From Laetmonice hystrix (lineage: Eukaryota), in contig OZ249436.1 in NCBI GenBank assembly GCA_965235115.1, positions 310,001-374,000 of the forward strand: a stretch of DNA of 64,000 nt, in the 5' to 3' direction. This document shows positions 46,701-57,331 of the stretch, piece by piece. A model generated the notes under the pieces. That model ran no database searches and was not told the DNA's origin. It saw only the letters and a list, made by a program, of their open reading frames with translations. Position numbers and translations under genes: made by a program. The first letter of the stretch is position 1, and each line of letters begins with the position of its first letter.

Positions 46701-48909
46701 AAATCTGTAATACTGACACGACACTTGGACAGATTTATAGCAGTAAATCTGTAATACTGACACGACACTTGGACAGATTTATAGCAGTAAATCTGTAATA
46801 CTGACACGACACTTGGACAGATTTATAGCAGTAAATCTGTAATACTGACACGACACTTGGACAGATTTATAGCAGTAAATCTGTAATACTGACACGACAC
46901 TTGGACAGATTTATAGCAGTAAATCTGTAATACTGACACGACACTTGGACAGATTTATAGCAGTAAATCTGTAATACTGACACGACACTTGGACAGATTT
47001 ATAGCAGTAAAATTATTTTAAGGACGACAGCAGCTAATTCCCTTTGGGCCTTTCAATCCGGTGAAATATATGATCGTTATGACAAGTGAAAGCTCACGCT
47101 CTTCCTCATTGTGTAGTCAGTTCTTGTCAAATCCAATTGTTATCCAGGACAAACTCCTCCTGTAGCAGAGATTCTGCGTGTCATTCAGGATCAAATAATT
47201 ACTACGACTGTCTACACATGATTTCCGTCCTCGCATAAAATTATTTTGACTTGCACATAATTAGTAATAAATATGATGGTAGCTAGGATAGCCATCCATT
47301 TAAAGTATGGTCCAGAGGGAAATAAATAAAAGTTACACCATGTCTAGTCATAACACCAAGTATGTAAAGCAACTTAAAGGTGAAGAAAATACTTCTGCAA
47401 ACTCCTGAGTGTGAGTTTGGAAAAATGGTTTCAAGTAGGGCAGTGTCATTTAAAGTGCTTTCCACTGCTCAGATTTCTTATAAAATAGTTTAAATACACA
47501 TGGTACAGGTAGGTACACTGTAGACACTGTATATGGAGATGTTTGTGTATTGTGTTAGGTGGGTTTCTTTACCTGCCCCCCCCCCCCCACGACATTCCCG
47601 AGCCATTTCGCACCCGTTTCTTCTAATTTGTTAGACAGTAAAGCTGGAAGGAAAGTAAAATATATCAAATCGACCCTACAATCGATAGTTATCTTTAAAT
47701 ATTGACTTATTCAATCAGTTTGGTTTTGGTAAAGGTTTTGAAATGATAAATATTGCTGGTCTGTGCCGTTGTAGTCAAGAGACGCTGAGATTCTCCAGTT
47801 GACTGAATCCACTGTGGGTGTTTCAGGATTCCTCAGACACTGTGTCTGACTCACGATCCGAGGTGAAGTCTGACGATGATGGCGACGACTCGAGTAGCTC
47901 CGACGATAAAGACTTGTCCAGCAGCTCGTCCTCGAGCAGTGACAGTGATGACAGCTCAGACAGCAAGGATGAGGACATACCACTCAAACAGCTGACGGAC
48001 ACTAAGAAAGACAGTGCTGATGGTAAGGTGGACCACAATGACAAGGACAGGTCTACAGACTCTGCGTCCTGCTCGACAGAGGGCAGCACCCAGCAGAGCT
48101 CCCCACCTATCGTCCTCAAACCTTCCGTACCGCCCTCCCGCCGGCAAAAGGTGAAACCTATCAAACTGCAGATGAAACGGTCCGTGCTCAAATACCCAGG
48201 CCCAGGTCGGCCTAGCACCAAGGACCCTAACAAACCGCGCAGACCTAGAGGTCGGCCGCCCAAGAACCCACGGCTTCACGCCCAGAAGGGTGCAGCCAAG
48301 GCCTCTAAACCTCCCACCAACCAAAAGATGACCCCGAAACCAACAGCAGTACCCAAGGAGAAGAGTTCAGCAGGCCCAGGACGGCCACCTACAGCGCAGC
48401 CCACTGTCCCTCCCGTAGTCATCCAGCTCACCCTCCCCCACGGCCACAGACTCGCCACGGGTCTGACGGCAGCCGCCACCTCCAAACGTAAACACAAGGA
48501 GGAGTCGACTGTCACCACCCCCGCCTCTCAAACACACGCTCACACACCATCACCCACAGCGCCCCCTGATGAAGCGGAGGCGACCAGCCCCAAACAGAAG
48601 AAAGTTGAAGAAGCAGTGGGAACAAATGGTGACCATGTGGAGCAGGCCGCACAGCCGGGCGAGGTGGCCGAGTTGGGGAAAGAGGAAGGGCCGGGTGGGG
48701 AGGCAGTGACAGCACCGACCGGGGCCGAACAGCCGGCAGTAACAGCAGCCTCAGCCCCGGAGGTCCGCTCCTTCTGGAGACCACCACCCGAGACAAAACC
48801 ACTGCTGGACCAGGTTCTCATAACTGACGTCACATCCGCTGACGTCACAGTGACGGTGCGGGAGAGCAGTACCGATAATGGTTTCTTTAAACACCGCGGG
48901 GAGGACTGA
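37704..48909 (+). CDS. Pc: Polycomb-group chromobox protein (Pc / CBX2-4-6-7-8 family), spliced. Exons: 37704-37772, 37874-37917, 38029-38094, 43226-43289, 47827-48909 (~441 aa)
   Basis: Chromodomain [56 protein letters not shown]-hook-like [16 protein letters not shown]-hook; C-terminal Pc box [25 protein letters not shown]...GFFK; GT-AG introns with consistent phases. Vertebrate paralogue cannot be assigned. Confidence 0.93.
37874..37917 (+). CDS. Pc: CBX exon 2 ([15 protein letters not shown])
   Basis: ttgcag / GTAAGT; chromodomain aromatic cage. Confidence 0.95.
38029..38094 (+). CDS. Pc: CBX exon 3 ([21 protein letters not shown])
   Basis: tttcag / GTAGGT. Confidence 0.95.
38110..39178. 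repeat. GC-rich tandem repeat, ~104-112 bp unit, ~10 copies, CBX intron 3
   Basis: gagctctcggtcggtgggccaggccctggccgaggctgcagccatgtccagtctcac... Confidence 0.95.
41229..42290. repeat. Minisatellite, 51 bp unit, ~21 copies
   Basis: aagagatctttaacgtacccaggctactctgtctagtctcgtatcgaggcc. Confidence 0.96.
42312..42862. mobile_element. MITE-like element with GGCCGGTGT termini and subterminal palindromic GTGGTAAA/TTTACCAC motifs
   Basis: GGCCGGTGT / ACACCGGCC; repeated gtggtaaagtgacccgggggtcaatttaccac at both ends; internal ttagggtta. Confidence 0.6.
43226..43289 (+). CDS. Pc: CBX exon 4 ([21 protein letters not shown])
   Basis: cacag / GTAAGT; KRGPKPK AT-hook-like motif adjacent to chromodomain in CBX proteins; phases fit exons 3 and 5. 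Confidence 0.88.
43485..44280. repeat. Tandem repeat, ~149 bp unit, ~5 copies
   Basis: gttatcatgtcagaatattgtcagtgaagctcc...ttacggtactcctga. Confidence 0.95.
45029..47010. repeat. Minisatellite, 44 bp unit, ~45 nearly identical copies
   Basis: aaatctgtaatactgacacgacacttggacagatttatagcagt. Confidence 0.98.
47827..48909 (+). CDS. Pc: CBX exon 5 (Ser/Asp-rich, AT-hook, Pc box)
   Basis: tttcag acceptor; 360-codon ORF ending in Pc box then TGA. Confidence 0.93.
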   Translation, partial: DSSDTVSDSRSEVKSDDDGDDSSSSDDKDLSSSSSSSSDSDDSSDSKDEDIPLKQLTDTKKDSADGKVDHNDKDRSTDSASCSTEGSTQQSSPPIVLKPSVPPSRRQKVKPIKLQMKRSVLKYPGPGRPSTKDPNKPRRPRGRPPKNPRLHAQKGAAKASKPPTNQKMTPKPTAVPKEKSSAGPGRPPTAQPTVPPVVIQLTLPHGHRLATGLTAAATSKRKHKEESTVTTPASQTHAHTPSPTAPPDEAEATSPKQKKVEEAVGTNGDHVEQAAQPGEVAELGKEEGPGGEAVTAPTGAEQPAVTAASAPEVRSFWRPPPETKPLLDQVLITDVTSADVTVTVRESSTDNGFFKHRGED

Positions 48910-48915
48910 CTGTAG

Positions 48916-49602
48916 GCCAACCCGGTTCTCTGACAGTCGCGGCTCTGGGCGGCTGGGTTTGCTTTAGTGCGCCAACCCGGTTCTCTGACAGTTGTGGCTC
49001 CTGGCGGCTGGCTCTCTGACAGTCGCGGCCCTGGGCGGCTGGGTTTGCTTTAGTGCGCCAACCCGGCTCTCTGACAGTCGCGGCCCTGGGCGGCTGGGTT
49101 TGCTTTAGTGTGCCAACCCGGTTCTCTGACAGTCGTGGCTCCGGGCGGCTGGGTTTGCTTTAGTGCGCCAACCCGGTTCTCTGACAGTTGTGGCTCCGGG
49201 CGGCTGGGTTTGCTTTAGTGCGCCAACCCGGCTCTCTGACAGTTGTGGCTCCGGGCGGCTGGGTTTGCTTTAGTGCGCCAACCCGGCTCTCTGACAGTCG
49301 CGGCTCTGGGCGGCTGGGTTTGCTTTAGTGCGCCAACCCGGTTCTCTGACAGTCGCGGCCCTGGGCGGCTGGGTTTGCTTTAGTGCGCCAACCCGGCTCT
49401 CTGACAGTCGCGGCTCTGGGCGGCTGGGTTTGCTTTAGTGCGCCAACCCGGTTCTCTGACAGTTGTGGCTTCGGGCGGCTGGGTTTGCTTTAGTGCGCCA
49501 ACCCGGTTCTCTGACAGTCGCGGCCCTGGGCGGCTGGGTTTGCTTTAGTGCGCCAACCCGGCTCTCTGACAGTCGCGACTCTGGGCGGCTGGGTTTGCTT
49601 TA
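48916..49602. repeat. Minisatellite, 55 bp unit, ~12 copies, directly after CBX stop
   Basis: gccaacccggttctctgacagtcgcggctctgggcggctgggtttgctttagtgc. Confidence 0.96.
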
Positions 49603-50003
49603 GGGGTGGTTCAACATTTTCAACATTTTCACAAGCGCTAGGGGGGAGGGGGTTAACAGCCAATGTACGCTTTTTTTGAAATCTGAAAAATGTCGATCTG
49701 TAATTGATCAGTCAAGCAGCCCACATACCACCTCTCCCCTTTGTGCGAATCACAGGGTGATGAATATACAAGATCTGCTCACCAGGGGCTTTATGGGGAT
49801 ATTTGTTTTGATGGACCTCCCTACATCACTGACCTATTCTTCGGTTAACTGTGGCCACAAGTAATGATCTAATCTCATCCTTGGTCATCATATAGATCTA
49901 TAATGTAAAAAAACAGACATTTTCTTATGTACGCTTTTGGGAGGGGGGGGGGGTCATCAAAAAGAGTACTCTTTGTACGCTTGTGAAAATGTTGAACCAC
50001 CCC
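49603..50003. mobile_element. PIF/Harbinger-type MITE, TTA target duplication, in CBX 3' region
   Basis: Perfect TIR GGGGTGGTTCAACATTTTC / GAAAATGTTGAACCACCCC; TTA both sides; removing it restores gctttagtgc of the flanking repeat unit. Confidence 0.88.
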
Positions 50004-50712
50004 TTAGTGCAGTACAGCACAAAAATGTACAATTGAACAGAAAAAATGATTTTTTAATGAAATTCACGACTCGTCGCAATGTACTCTCTCCTGGAATTTC
50101 TCGTGGAGAGCAAAGACGAACAGTCTAAAACTCTTCACAATTATCAAAAACAGGTGCTGCCCGCTGACACTTTTTTTTCAAAACTTTTGTCCAGACTCTC
50201 AAATTTTTCACTGTATATTAGCGAAATTTTTCACTGTATATTAGCAAAAGTTTTCAGTGTATATTAGCGAATGAACTCAGCCAAATTGCTCCGGCGTCAC
50301 GCACGAGAGCAACGTTACAGTAATCCTGTCAACAATGTCAGTTTGTATCCAAGGGTGTGCGTAAAACAAACACCTTTGGTCACAATGTAAATTGTCTTGC
50401 CAGTGGCGTTAATTTTTGTACAAAAGTTAACTCTGTTAACATAGAGGGATATAACTGAGCTAAACGTTAGCATGATGAAATACGATAACTGAGCTAAACG
50501 TTAGCATGATGAAATACGATATGTCATCTGGGCTGACCAGGTGTTCCACTGTGCTGTGATCATATTACTGCACATACATTGTACATACGCCAGTGTATAT
50601 ATACATAGTAGGCTTAAGTGTTATACACGTGCATGAACTCGCTTGTATAGTGTACATCTCTAGACATTCAAACCCATTCACAAGTGTACCCACTTAAATA
50701 CATTACACACAC

Positions 50713-50868
50713 GCATGGATGTCGACACCTTATGCTATGCGAATGGGTGCAGTAATCTTAGGGCCTGGGTTCGATTCCTGTAGAGGACTATACAACTTTT
50801 CTCTTTAGGGACATTGTCAAAGTAATTGGGTTACCCCTGATGCCCGTGCATTTCAAAAGAAAAATACA
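50713..50868 (+). mobile_element. 5'-truncated copy of the SINE-like element at 51028
   Basis: ~155 bp apparently identical to 51049-51204. Confidence 0.65.
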
Positions 50869-51027
50869 GTCTACGCCAGTGCCAGGATTACCTTAACAGT
50901 CAATGTTCGGTAGAAATCATGTGTAGCTCTAACTAGGAAAAATATGGATTCCGTCTCATTTAAAAAAGATGTGTGTAGGGGGGAGGGTCCATTGTCCTGC
51001 TCGACCACCAAAGCTCCTTTTTTTAGG

Positions 51028-51204
51028 GGAGTGGCGGTGGCCTAGTGGGCATGGATGTCGACACCTTATGCTATGCGAATGGGTGCAGTAATCTTAGGGC
51101 CTGGGTTCGATTCCTGTAGAGGACTATACAACTTTTCTCTTTAGGGACATTGTCAAAGTAATTGGGTTACCCCTGATGCCCGTGCATTTCAAAAGAAAAA
51201 TACA
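51028..51204 (+). mobile_element. tRNA-derived SINE-like element
   Basis: A box TGGCCTAGTGG, B box GGTTCGATTCC, A-rich tail. Confidence 0.65.
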
Positions 51205-51509
51205 TACACAAGACATACAACAGACATCCCTGAAACAAGATAATGGATTTATTAGATGACGGTGAAGACATGGTAAAGGTGGCCACCAAGTGTACAGCTT
51301 CTGTTTGTGCCGAAACCTACCAAGTTGGCAGCTTTAAAATGGTATGATACAGTGGCTCATTTAAAGCCAACTTTAGAATCATTCCCAAGGAGTTTTTCTC
51401 GACAACAGAAGTTGATATAGCAGTATAGTCCTCTCTCTATATATGGCCGACAGACCAGAAACTTTATCTTACCCGGGTAAAAGAGTTAGAATTGGTAGTA
51501 ATTCGCCTA

Positions 51510-52398
51510 GGTGGAACACGTGGTCTATCTGTATGTCCTGTTGATTGCCAGTGTTGTACAATCCTGGTTGTGAACCAGGACACAGTGGAACACGTGGTCT
51601 ATCTGTATGTCCTGTTGGTTGCCGGTGTTGTACAATCCTGGTTGTGAACCAGGACACAGTGGAACACGTAGTCTATCTGTATGTCCTGTTGATTGCCAGT
51701 GTTGTACAATCCTGGTTGTGAACCAGGACACAGTGGAACACGTAGTCTATCTGTATGTCCTGTTGATTGCCGGTGTTGTACAATCCTGGTTGTAAACCAG
51801 GATACAGTGGAACACGTGGTCTATCTGTATGTCCTGTTGATTGACGGTGTTGTACAATCCTGGTTGTGAACCAGGACACAGTGGAACACGTGGTCTATCT
51901 GTATGTCCTGTTGATTGCCAGTGTTGTACAATCCTGGTTGTGAACCAGGACACAGTGGAACACGTGGTCTATCTGTATGTCCTGTTGATTGCCAGTGTTG
52001 TACAATCCTGGTTGTGAACCAGGACACAGTGGAACACGTGGTCTATCTGTATGTCCTGTTGATTGCCGGTGTTGTACAATCCTGGTTGTGAACCAGGACA
52101 CAGTGGAACACGTGGTCTATCTGTATGTCCTGTTGATTGCCAGTGTTGTACAATCCTGGTTGTGAACCAGGACACAGTGGAACACGTGGTCTATCTGTAT
52201 GTCCTGTTGATTGCCAGTGTTGTACAATCCTGGTTGTGAACCAGGACACAGTGAAACACGTGGTCTATCTGTATGTCCTGTTGATTGCCAGTGTTGTACA
52301 ATCCTGGTTGTGAACCAGGACACAGTGGAACACGTGGTCTATCTGTATGTCCTGTTGATTGCCAGTGTTGTACAATCCTGGTTGTGAACCAGGACACA
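51510..52398. repeat. Minisatellite, 74 bp unit, 12 copies
   Basis: gtggaacacgtggtctatctgtatgtcctg...tcctggttgtgaaccaggacaca. Confidence 0.97.
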
Positions 52399-53120
52399 TG
52401 AGAGCGCGTGGTTGGGACAGTTGGAAGGCGCTGTTAGTGGCCACCCTGTCGGTAAGCTGTTGATAAAGTCATTGGTGAATGCATAGTCAATTAGAGATGA
52501 AAAGTATTTCAATAAACATATGGCACCAATGCTATATTGATGAACGAAATATATAACTCATTGCGGCTTTTATTGATTTGTTTAATTTTTTCAGGGTTAT
52601 AAAGTTTCGGTTTGAACCTGTTGAAGATACGTGAGTAATGCGAACATCAGAGGCCACTAATATCGGAAATCTTTGTAATACCCTATTCTGTCGTTTTACC
52701 GGGGTTTTCTGTTGGACACTTATGTTGAGACTTTCCATAAAGAATATTTCTTACTTTAATTTCTAACCTATAACACCCCCCCCCCCCAATGAAGTCTCAG
52801 AAAACCTTGGAGATGTATATTATTGTATTCGTTTCAAAATATATTGTATTTGTCTGACGTCAGCCTGTTACGCACGATGGCGCTCCGATGTCGTGTTTAA
52901 ATGTCGCCCTTTTTTCATGGATGAGACGCGACTTGCATAATATAGTATTTAAGAATATCGTTTTTGTTCACGCTCACCGGCTAAGGTCTGTGGTGAGGAT
53001 GGCGGCGTGCTTTCTGAGAGCTGGTTTTCTTTCAGTAATTTATAGGGGGACTGAATGATCTCAAAATTGGTTTATCGAGGTAACCTAGAACACAATTCAA
53101 ATAGTTTTCCTCTTACTAAG

Positions 53121-54553
53121 GGACTCTTTCAACTCCTGGCAGTCGGTCTGGGCCAGAGTTCACAAATAGCATTCAGTTATTGAACATCCAGTCATGGGTG
53201 GACTCTTTCAACTCCTGGCAGTCGGTCTGGGCCGAGTTTACAAATAGCATTCAGTTATTGAACGTCCAGTCATGGGTGGACTCTTTCAACTCCTGGCAGT
53301 CGGTCTGGCCCAGAGTTTACAAATAGCATTCAGTTATTGAACGTCCAGTCATGGGTGGACTCTTTCAACTCCTGGCAGTCGGTCTGGGCCAGAGTTTACA
53401 AATAGCATTCAGTTATTGAACGTCCAGTCATGGGTGGACTCTTTCAACTCCTGGCAGTCGGTCTGGGCCAGAGTTTACAAATAGCATTCAGTTATTGAAC
53501 GTCCAGTCATGGGTGGACTCTTTCAACTCCTGGCAGTCGGTCTGGCCCAGAGTTTACAAATAGCATTCAGTTATTGAACGTCCAGTCATGGGTGGACTCT
53601 TTCAACTCCTGGCAGTCGGTCTGGGCCAGAGTTTACAAATAGCATTCAGTTATTGAACGTCCAGTCATGGGTGGACTCTTTCAACTCCTGGCAGTCGGTC
53701 TGGCCCAGAGTTTACAAATAGCATTCAGTTATTGAACGTCCAGTCATGGGTGGACTCTTTCAACTCCTGGCAGGTCGGTCTGGGCCAGAGTTTACAAATA
53801 GCATTCAGTTATTGAACGTCCAGTCATGGGTGGACTCTTTCAACTCCTGGCAGTCGGTCTGGGCCAGAGTTCACAAATAGCATTCAGTTATTGAACGTCC
53901 AGTCATGGGTGGACTCTTTCAACTCCTGGCAGTCGGTCTGGGCCAGAGTTCACAAATAGCATTCAGTTATTGAACGTCCAGTCATGGGTGGACTCTTTCA
54001 ACTCCTGGCAGTCGGTCTGGGCCAGAGTTCACAAATAGCATTCAGTTATTGAACGTCCAGTCATGGGTGGACTCTTTCAACTCCTGGCAGTCGGTCTGGG
54101 CCAGAGTTTACAAATAGCATTCAGTTATTGAACGTCCAGTCATGGGTGGACTCTTTCAACTCCTGGCAGTCGGTCTGGGCCGAGTTTACAAATAGCATTC
54201 AGTTATTGAACATTCAGTCATGGGTGGACTCTTTCAACTCCTGGCAGTCGGTCTGGGCCGAGTTTACAAATAGCATTCAGTTATTGAACGTCCAGTCATG
54301 GGTGGACTCTTTCAACTCCTGGCAGTCGGTCTGGGCCAGAGTTTACAAATAGCATTCAGTTATTGAACGTCCAGTCATGGGTGGACTCTTTCAACTCCTG
54401 GCAGTCGGTCTGGGCCGAGTTTACAAATAGCATTCAGTTATTAAACGTCCAGTCATGGGTGGACTCTTTCAACTCCTGGCAGTCGGTCTGGGCCAGAGTT
54501 TACAAATAGCATTCAGTTATTGAACATTCAGTCATGGGTGGACTCTTTCAACA
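53121..54553. repeat. Minisatellite, 78-79 bp unit, ~18 copies
   Basis: ggactctttcaactcctggcagtcggtctggg...gtccagtcatgggt. Confidence 0.97.
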
Positions 54554-54771
54554 TTCAGTTCATGGTTTGTATAAGACTTCTAACACATTTTCCTTCTCCC
54601 CAATCCGGCGACCATAACACATTTTTATATATGATAGGTACCGCGTAGACAGCTGCAGTCGGCTTTACGGGAGGTCTATACATGATACATGATATCATTC
54701 GTTAGGAGTGTCACGATACACGGACATGCCTGAAGGAACCCGTTTATTGGGGAATTGTGCGAGGCTGGCCA

Positions 54772-55731
54772 GGCCCTTACCGCTGGCGAGTTTCAACACC
54801 GGGATGGCCCTTACCTTGTGTGGTGGGCCCTTCCCGCTGGCGAGTTTCAACACCGGGATGGCCCTTACCTTGTGTGGTGGGCCCTTACCTTGTGTGGTGG
54901 GCCCTTACCGCTGGCGAGTTTCAACACCGGGATGGCCCTTACCTTGTGTGGTGGGCCCTTACCTTGTGTGGTGGGCCCTTACCTTGTGTGGTGGGCCCTT
55001 ACCTTGTGTGGTGGGCCCTTACCTTGTGTGGTAGGCCCTTACCTTGTGTGGTGGGCCCTTACCGCTGGCGAGTTTCAACACCGGGATGGCCCTTACCTTG
55101 TGTGGTGGGCCCTTACCTTGTGTGGTGGGCCCTTACCTTGTGTGGTGGGCCCTTACCTTGTGTGGTGGGCCCTTACCGCTGGCGAGTTTCAACACCGGGA
55201 TGGCCCTTACCTTGTGTAGTGGGCCCTTACCTTGTGTGGTTGGGCCTTACCTTGTGTGGTGGGCCCTTACCGCTGGCGAGTTTTAACACCGGGATGGCCC
55301 TTACCGTGTGTGGTGGGCCCTTACCTTGTGTGGTGGGCCCTTCCCGCTGGCTACTTTTAACACCGGGATGACCCTTACCTTGTGTAGTGGGCCCTTACCT
55401 TGTGTGGTGGGCCCTTACCGCTTGCGAGTTTTAACACTGGGATGGCCCTTACCTTGTGTGGTGGGCCCTTACCTTGTGTGGTGGGCCCTTACCGCTGGCG
55501 AGTTTTAACACCGGGATGGCCCTTACCTTGTGTGGTGTACCCTTACCGCTGGCAAGTTTTAACACCGGGATGGCCCTTACCTTGTGTGGTGGGCCCTTAC
55601 CTTGTGTGGTGGGCCCTTACCTTGTGTGGTGGGCCCTTACCTTGTGTGGTGGGCCCTTACCGCTGGCAAGTTTTAACACCGGGATGGCCCTTACCTTGTG
55701 TGGTGGACCCTTACCTTGTGTGGTGGGCCCT
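54772..55731. repeat. Composite minisatellite of ~20 bp and ~33 bp units
   Basis: ggcccttaccttgtgtggtg and ggcccttaccgctggcgagtttcaacaccgggat. Confidence 0.95.
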
Positions 55732-55795
55732 GGTCAAAAAGCCCAACAGGCGAAGAAAGGAGTCGTATTATTTCGGTCTAATTGGATCGATCTGC

Positions 55796-56332
55796 CACGC
55801 CCCTCCCCTGCACAACACGTGTGCCACGCCCCTCCCTCGCCCAACACGTGTGAAAAACACACGCCCCTCCCCGCCCAACACGTGTGAAAAAAACACGCCC
55901 CTCCCCCCGCCCAACACGTAAAACAACACGCCCCTCCCCTGCACAACACGTGTGAAAAAAATGCCCCTCCCCCGCACAACACGTGTGAAACAAACACGCC
56001 CCTCCCCCGCACAACACGTGTGAAAAAACGCCCCTCCTCCGCACAACACGTGTGAAAAAACGCCCCTCCCCCGCACAACACGTGTGAAAAAAAACAGCCG
56101 TTTACAATATTAGCACAGACAAGCATATTGTGTATAATTGTTCCTTTAAATATTAGCACAGACAAGCATATTGTGTATAATTGTTCCTTTAAATATAGCA
56201 CAGACAAGCATATTGTGTATTGTTCCTTTAAATATTAGCACAGACAAGCATATTGTGTATTGTTCCTTTAAATATTAGCACAGACAAGCATATTGTGTAT
56301 TGTTCCTTTAAATATTAGCACAGACAAGCATA
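55796..56332. repeat. Two adjacent short arrays (~38-41 bp and ~41-43 bp units)
   Basis: cgcccctccccgcacaacacgtgtgaaaa (55796-56095); atattagcacagacaagcatattgtgtattgttcctttaa (56107-56332). Confidence 0.9.
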
Positions 56333-56428
56333 CATGTATTGAGTATTGTTCTTATTTTGTCCAATAAAACCAACCAACACTAGAAACAGCCTCAAAATCT
56401 GGCGGCCGACTTATCGTCAGTCCGACAC

Positions 56429-57331
56429 TTTAGGTCAGAGGCAGACTCCACGGCTGGTTGTGGGGACGATCCCTGGTGTCGGTCTGACCCTTAGGTCAGA
56501 GGCAGACTCCACGGCTGGTTGTGGGGACGATCCCTGGTGTCGGTCTGACCCTTAGGTCAGAGGCAGACTCTATGGCTGGTTGTGGGGACGATCCCTGGTG
56601 TCGGTCTGACCCTTAGGTCAGAGGCAGGTTCCACGGCTGGTTGTGGGGACGATCCCTGGTGTCGGTCTGACCCTTAGGTCAGAGGCAGACTCCACGGCTG
56701 GTTGTGGGGACGATCCCTGGTGTTGGTCTGACCCTTAGGTCACAGGCAGACTCTATGGCTGGTTGTGGGGACGATCCCTGGTGTCGGTCTGACCCTTAGG
56801 TCAGAGGCAGGTTCCACGGCTGGTTGTGGGGACGATCCCTGGTGTCGGTCTGACCCTTACCACGGCTGGTTGTGGGGACGATCCCTGGTGTCGGTCTGAC
56901 CCTTAGGTCAGAGGCAGGTTCCACGGCTGGTTGTGGGGACGATCCCTGGTGTCGGTCTGACCCTTACCACGGCTGGTTGTGGGGACGATCCCTGGTGTCG
57001 GTCTGACCCTTACCACGGCTGGTTGTGGGGACGATCCCTGGTGTCGGTCTGACCCTTAGGTCAGAGGCAGACTCCACGGCTGGTTGTGGGGACGATCCCT
57101 GGTGTCGGTCTGACCCTTAGGTCAGAGGCAGGTTCCACGGCTGGTTGTGGGGACGATCCCTGGTGTCGGTCTGACCCTTAGGTCAGAGGTAGGTTCCACG
57201 GCTGGTTGTGGGGATGATCCCTGGTGTTGGTCTGACCCTTACCACGGCTGGTTGTGGGGACGATCCCTGGTGTCGGTCTGACCCTTAGGTCACAGGCAGG
57301 TTCCACGGCTGGTTGTGGGGACTATCCCTGG
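56429..57331. repeat. Minisatellite, 61 bp (and 44 bp) unit containing the last ~15 codons and stop of the ankyrin/SOCS gene, ~16 copies
   Basis: ttaggtcagaggcaggttccacggctggttgtggggacgatccctggtgtcggtctgaccc. Confidence 0.96.

Noticed and set aside
47823..48920. Minus-strand ORFs over CBX exon 5
   Set aside because: Antisense shadows of the real coding exon.
54772..55731. Antisense donor-like AAG|GTAAG motifs in repeat units (also 8795-9646 and 38110-39178)
   Set aside because: No associated minus-strand exon recognised; short motifs may be chance.
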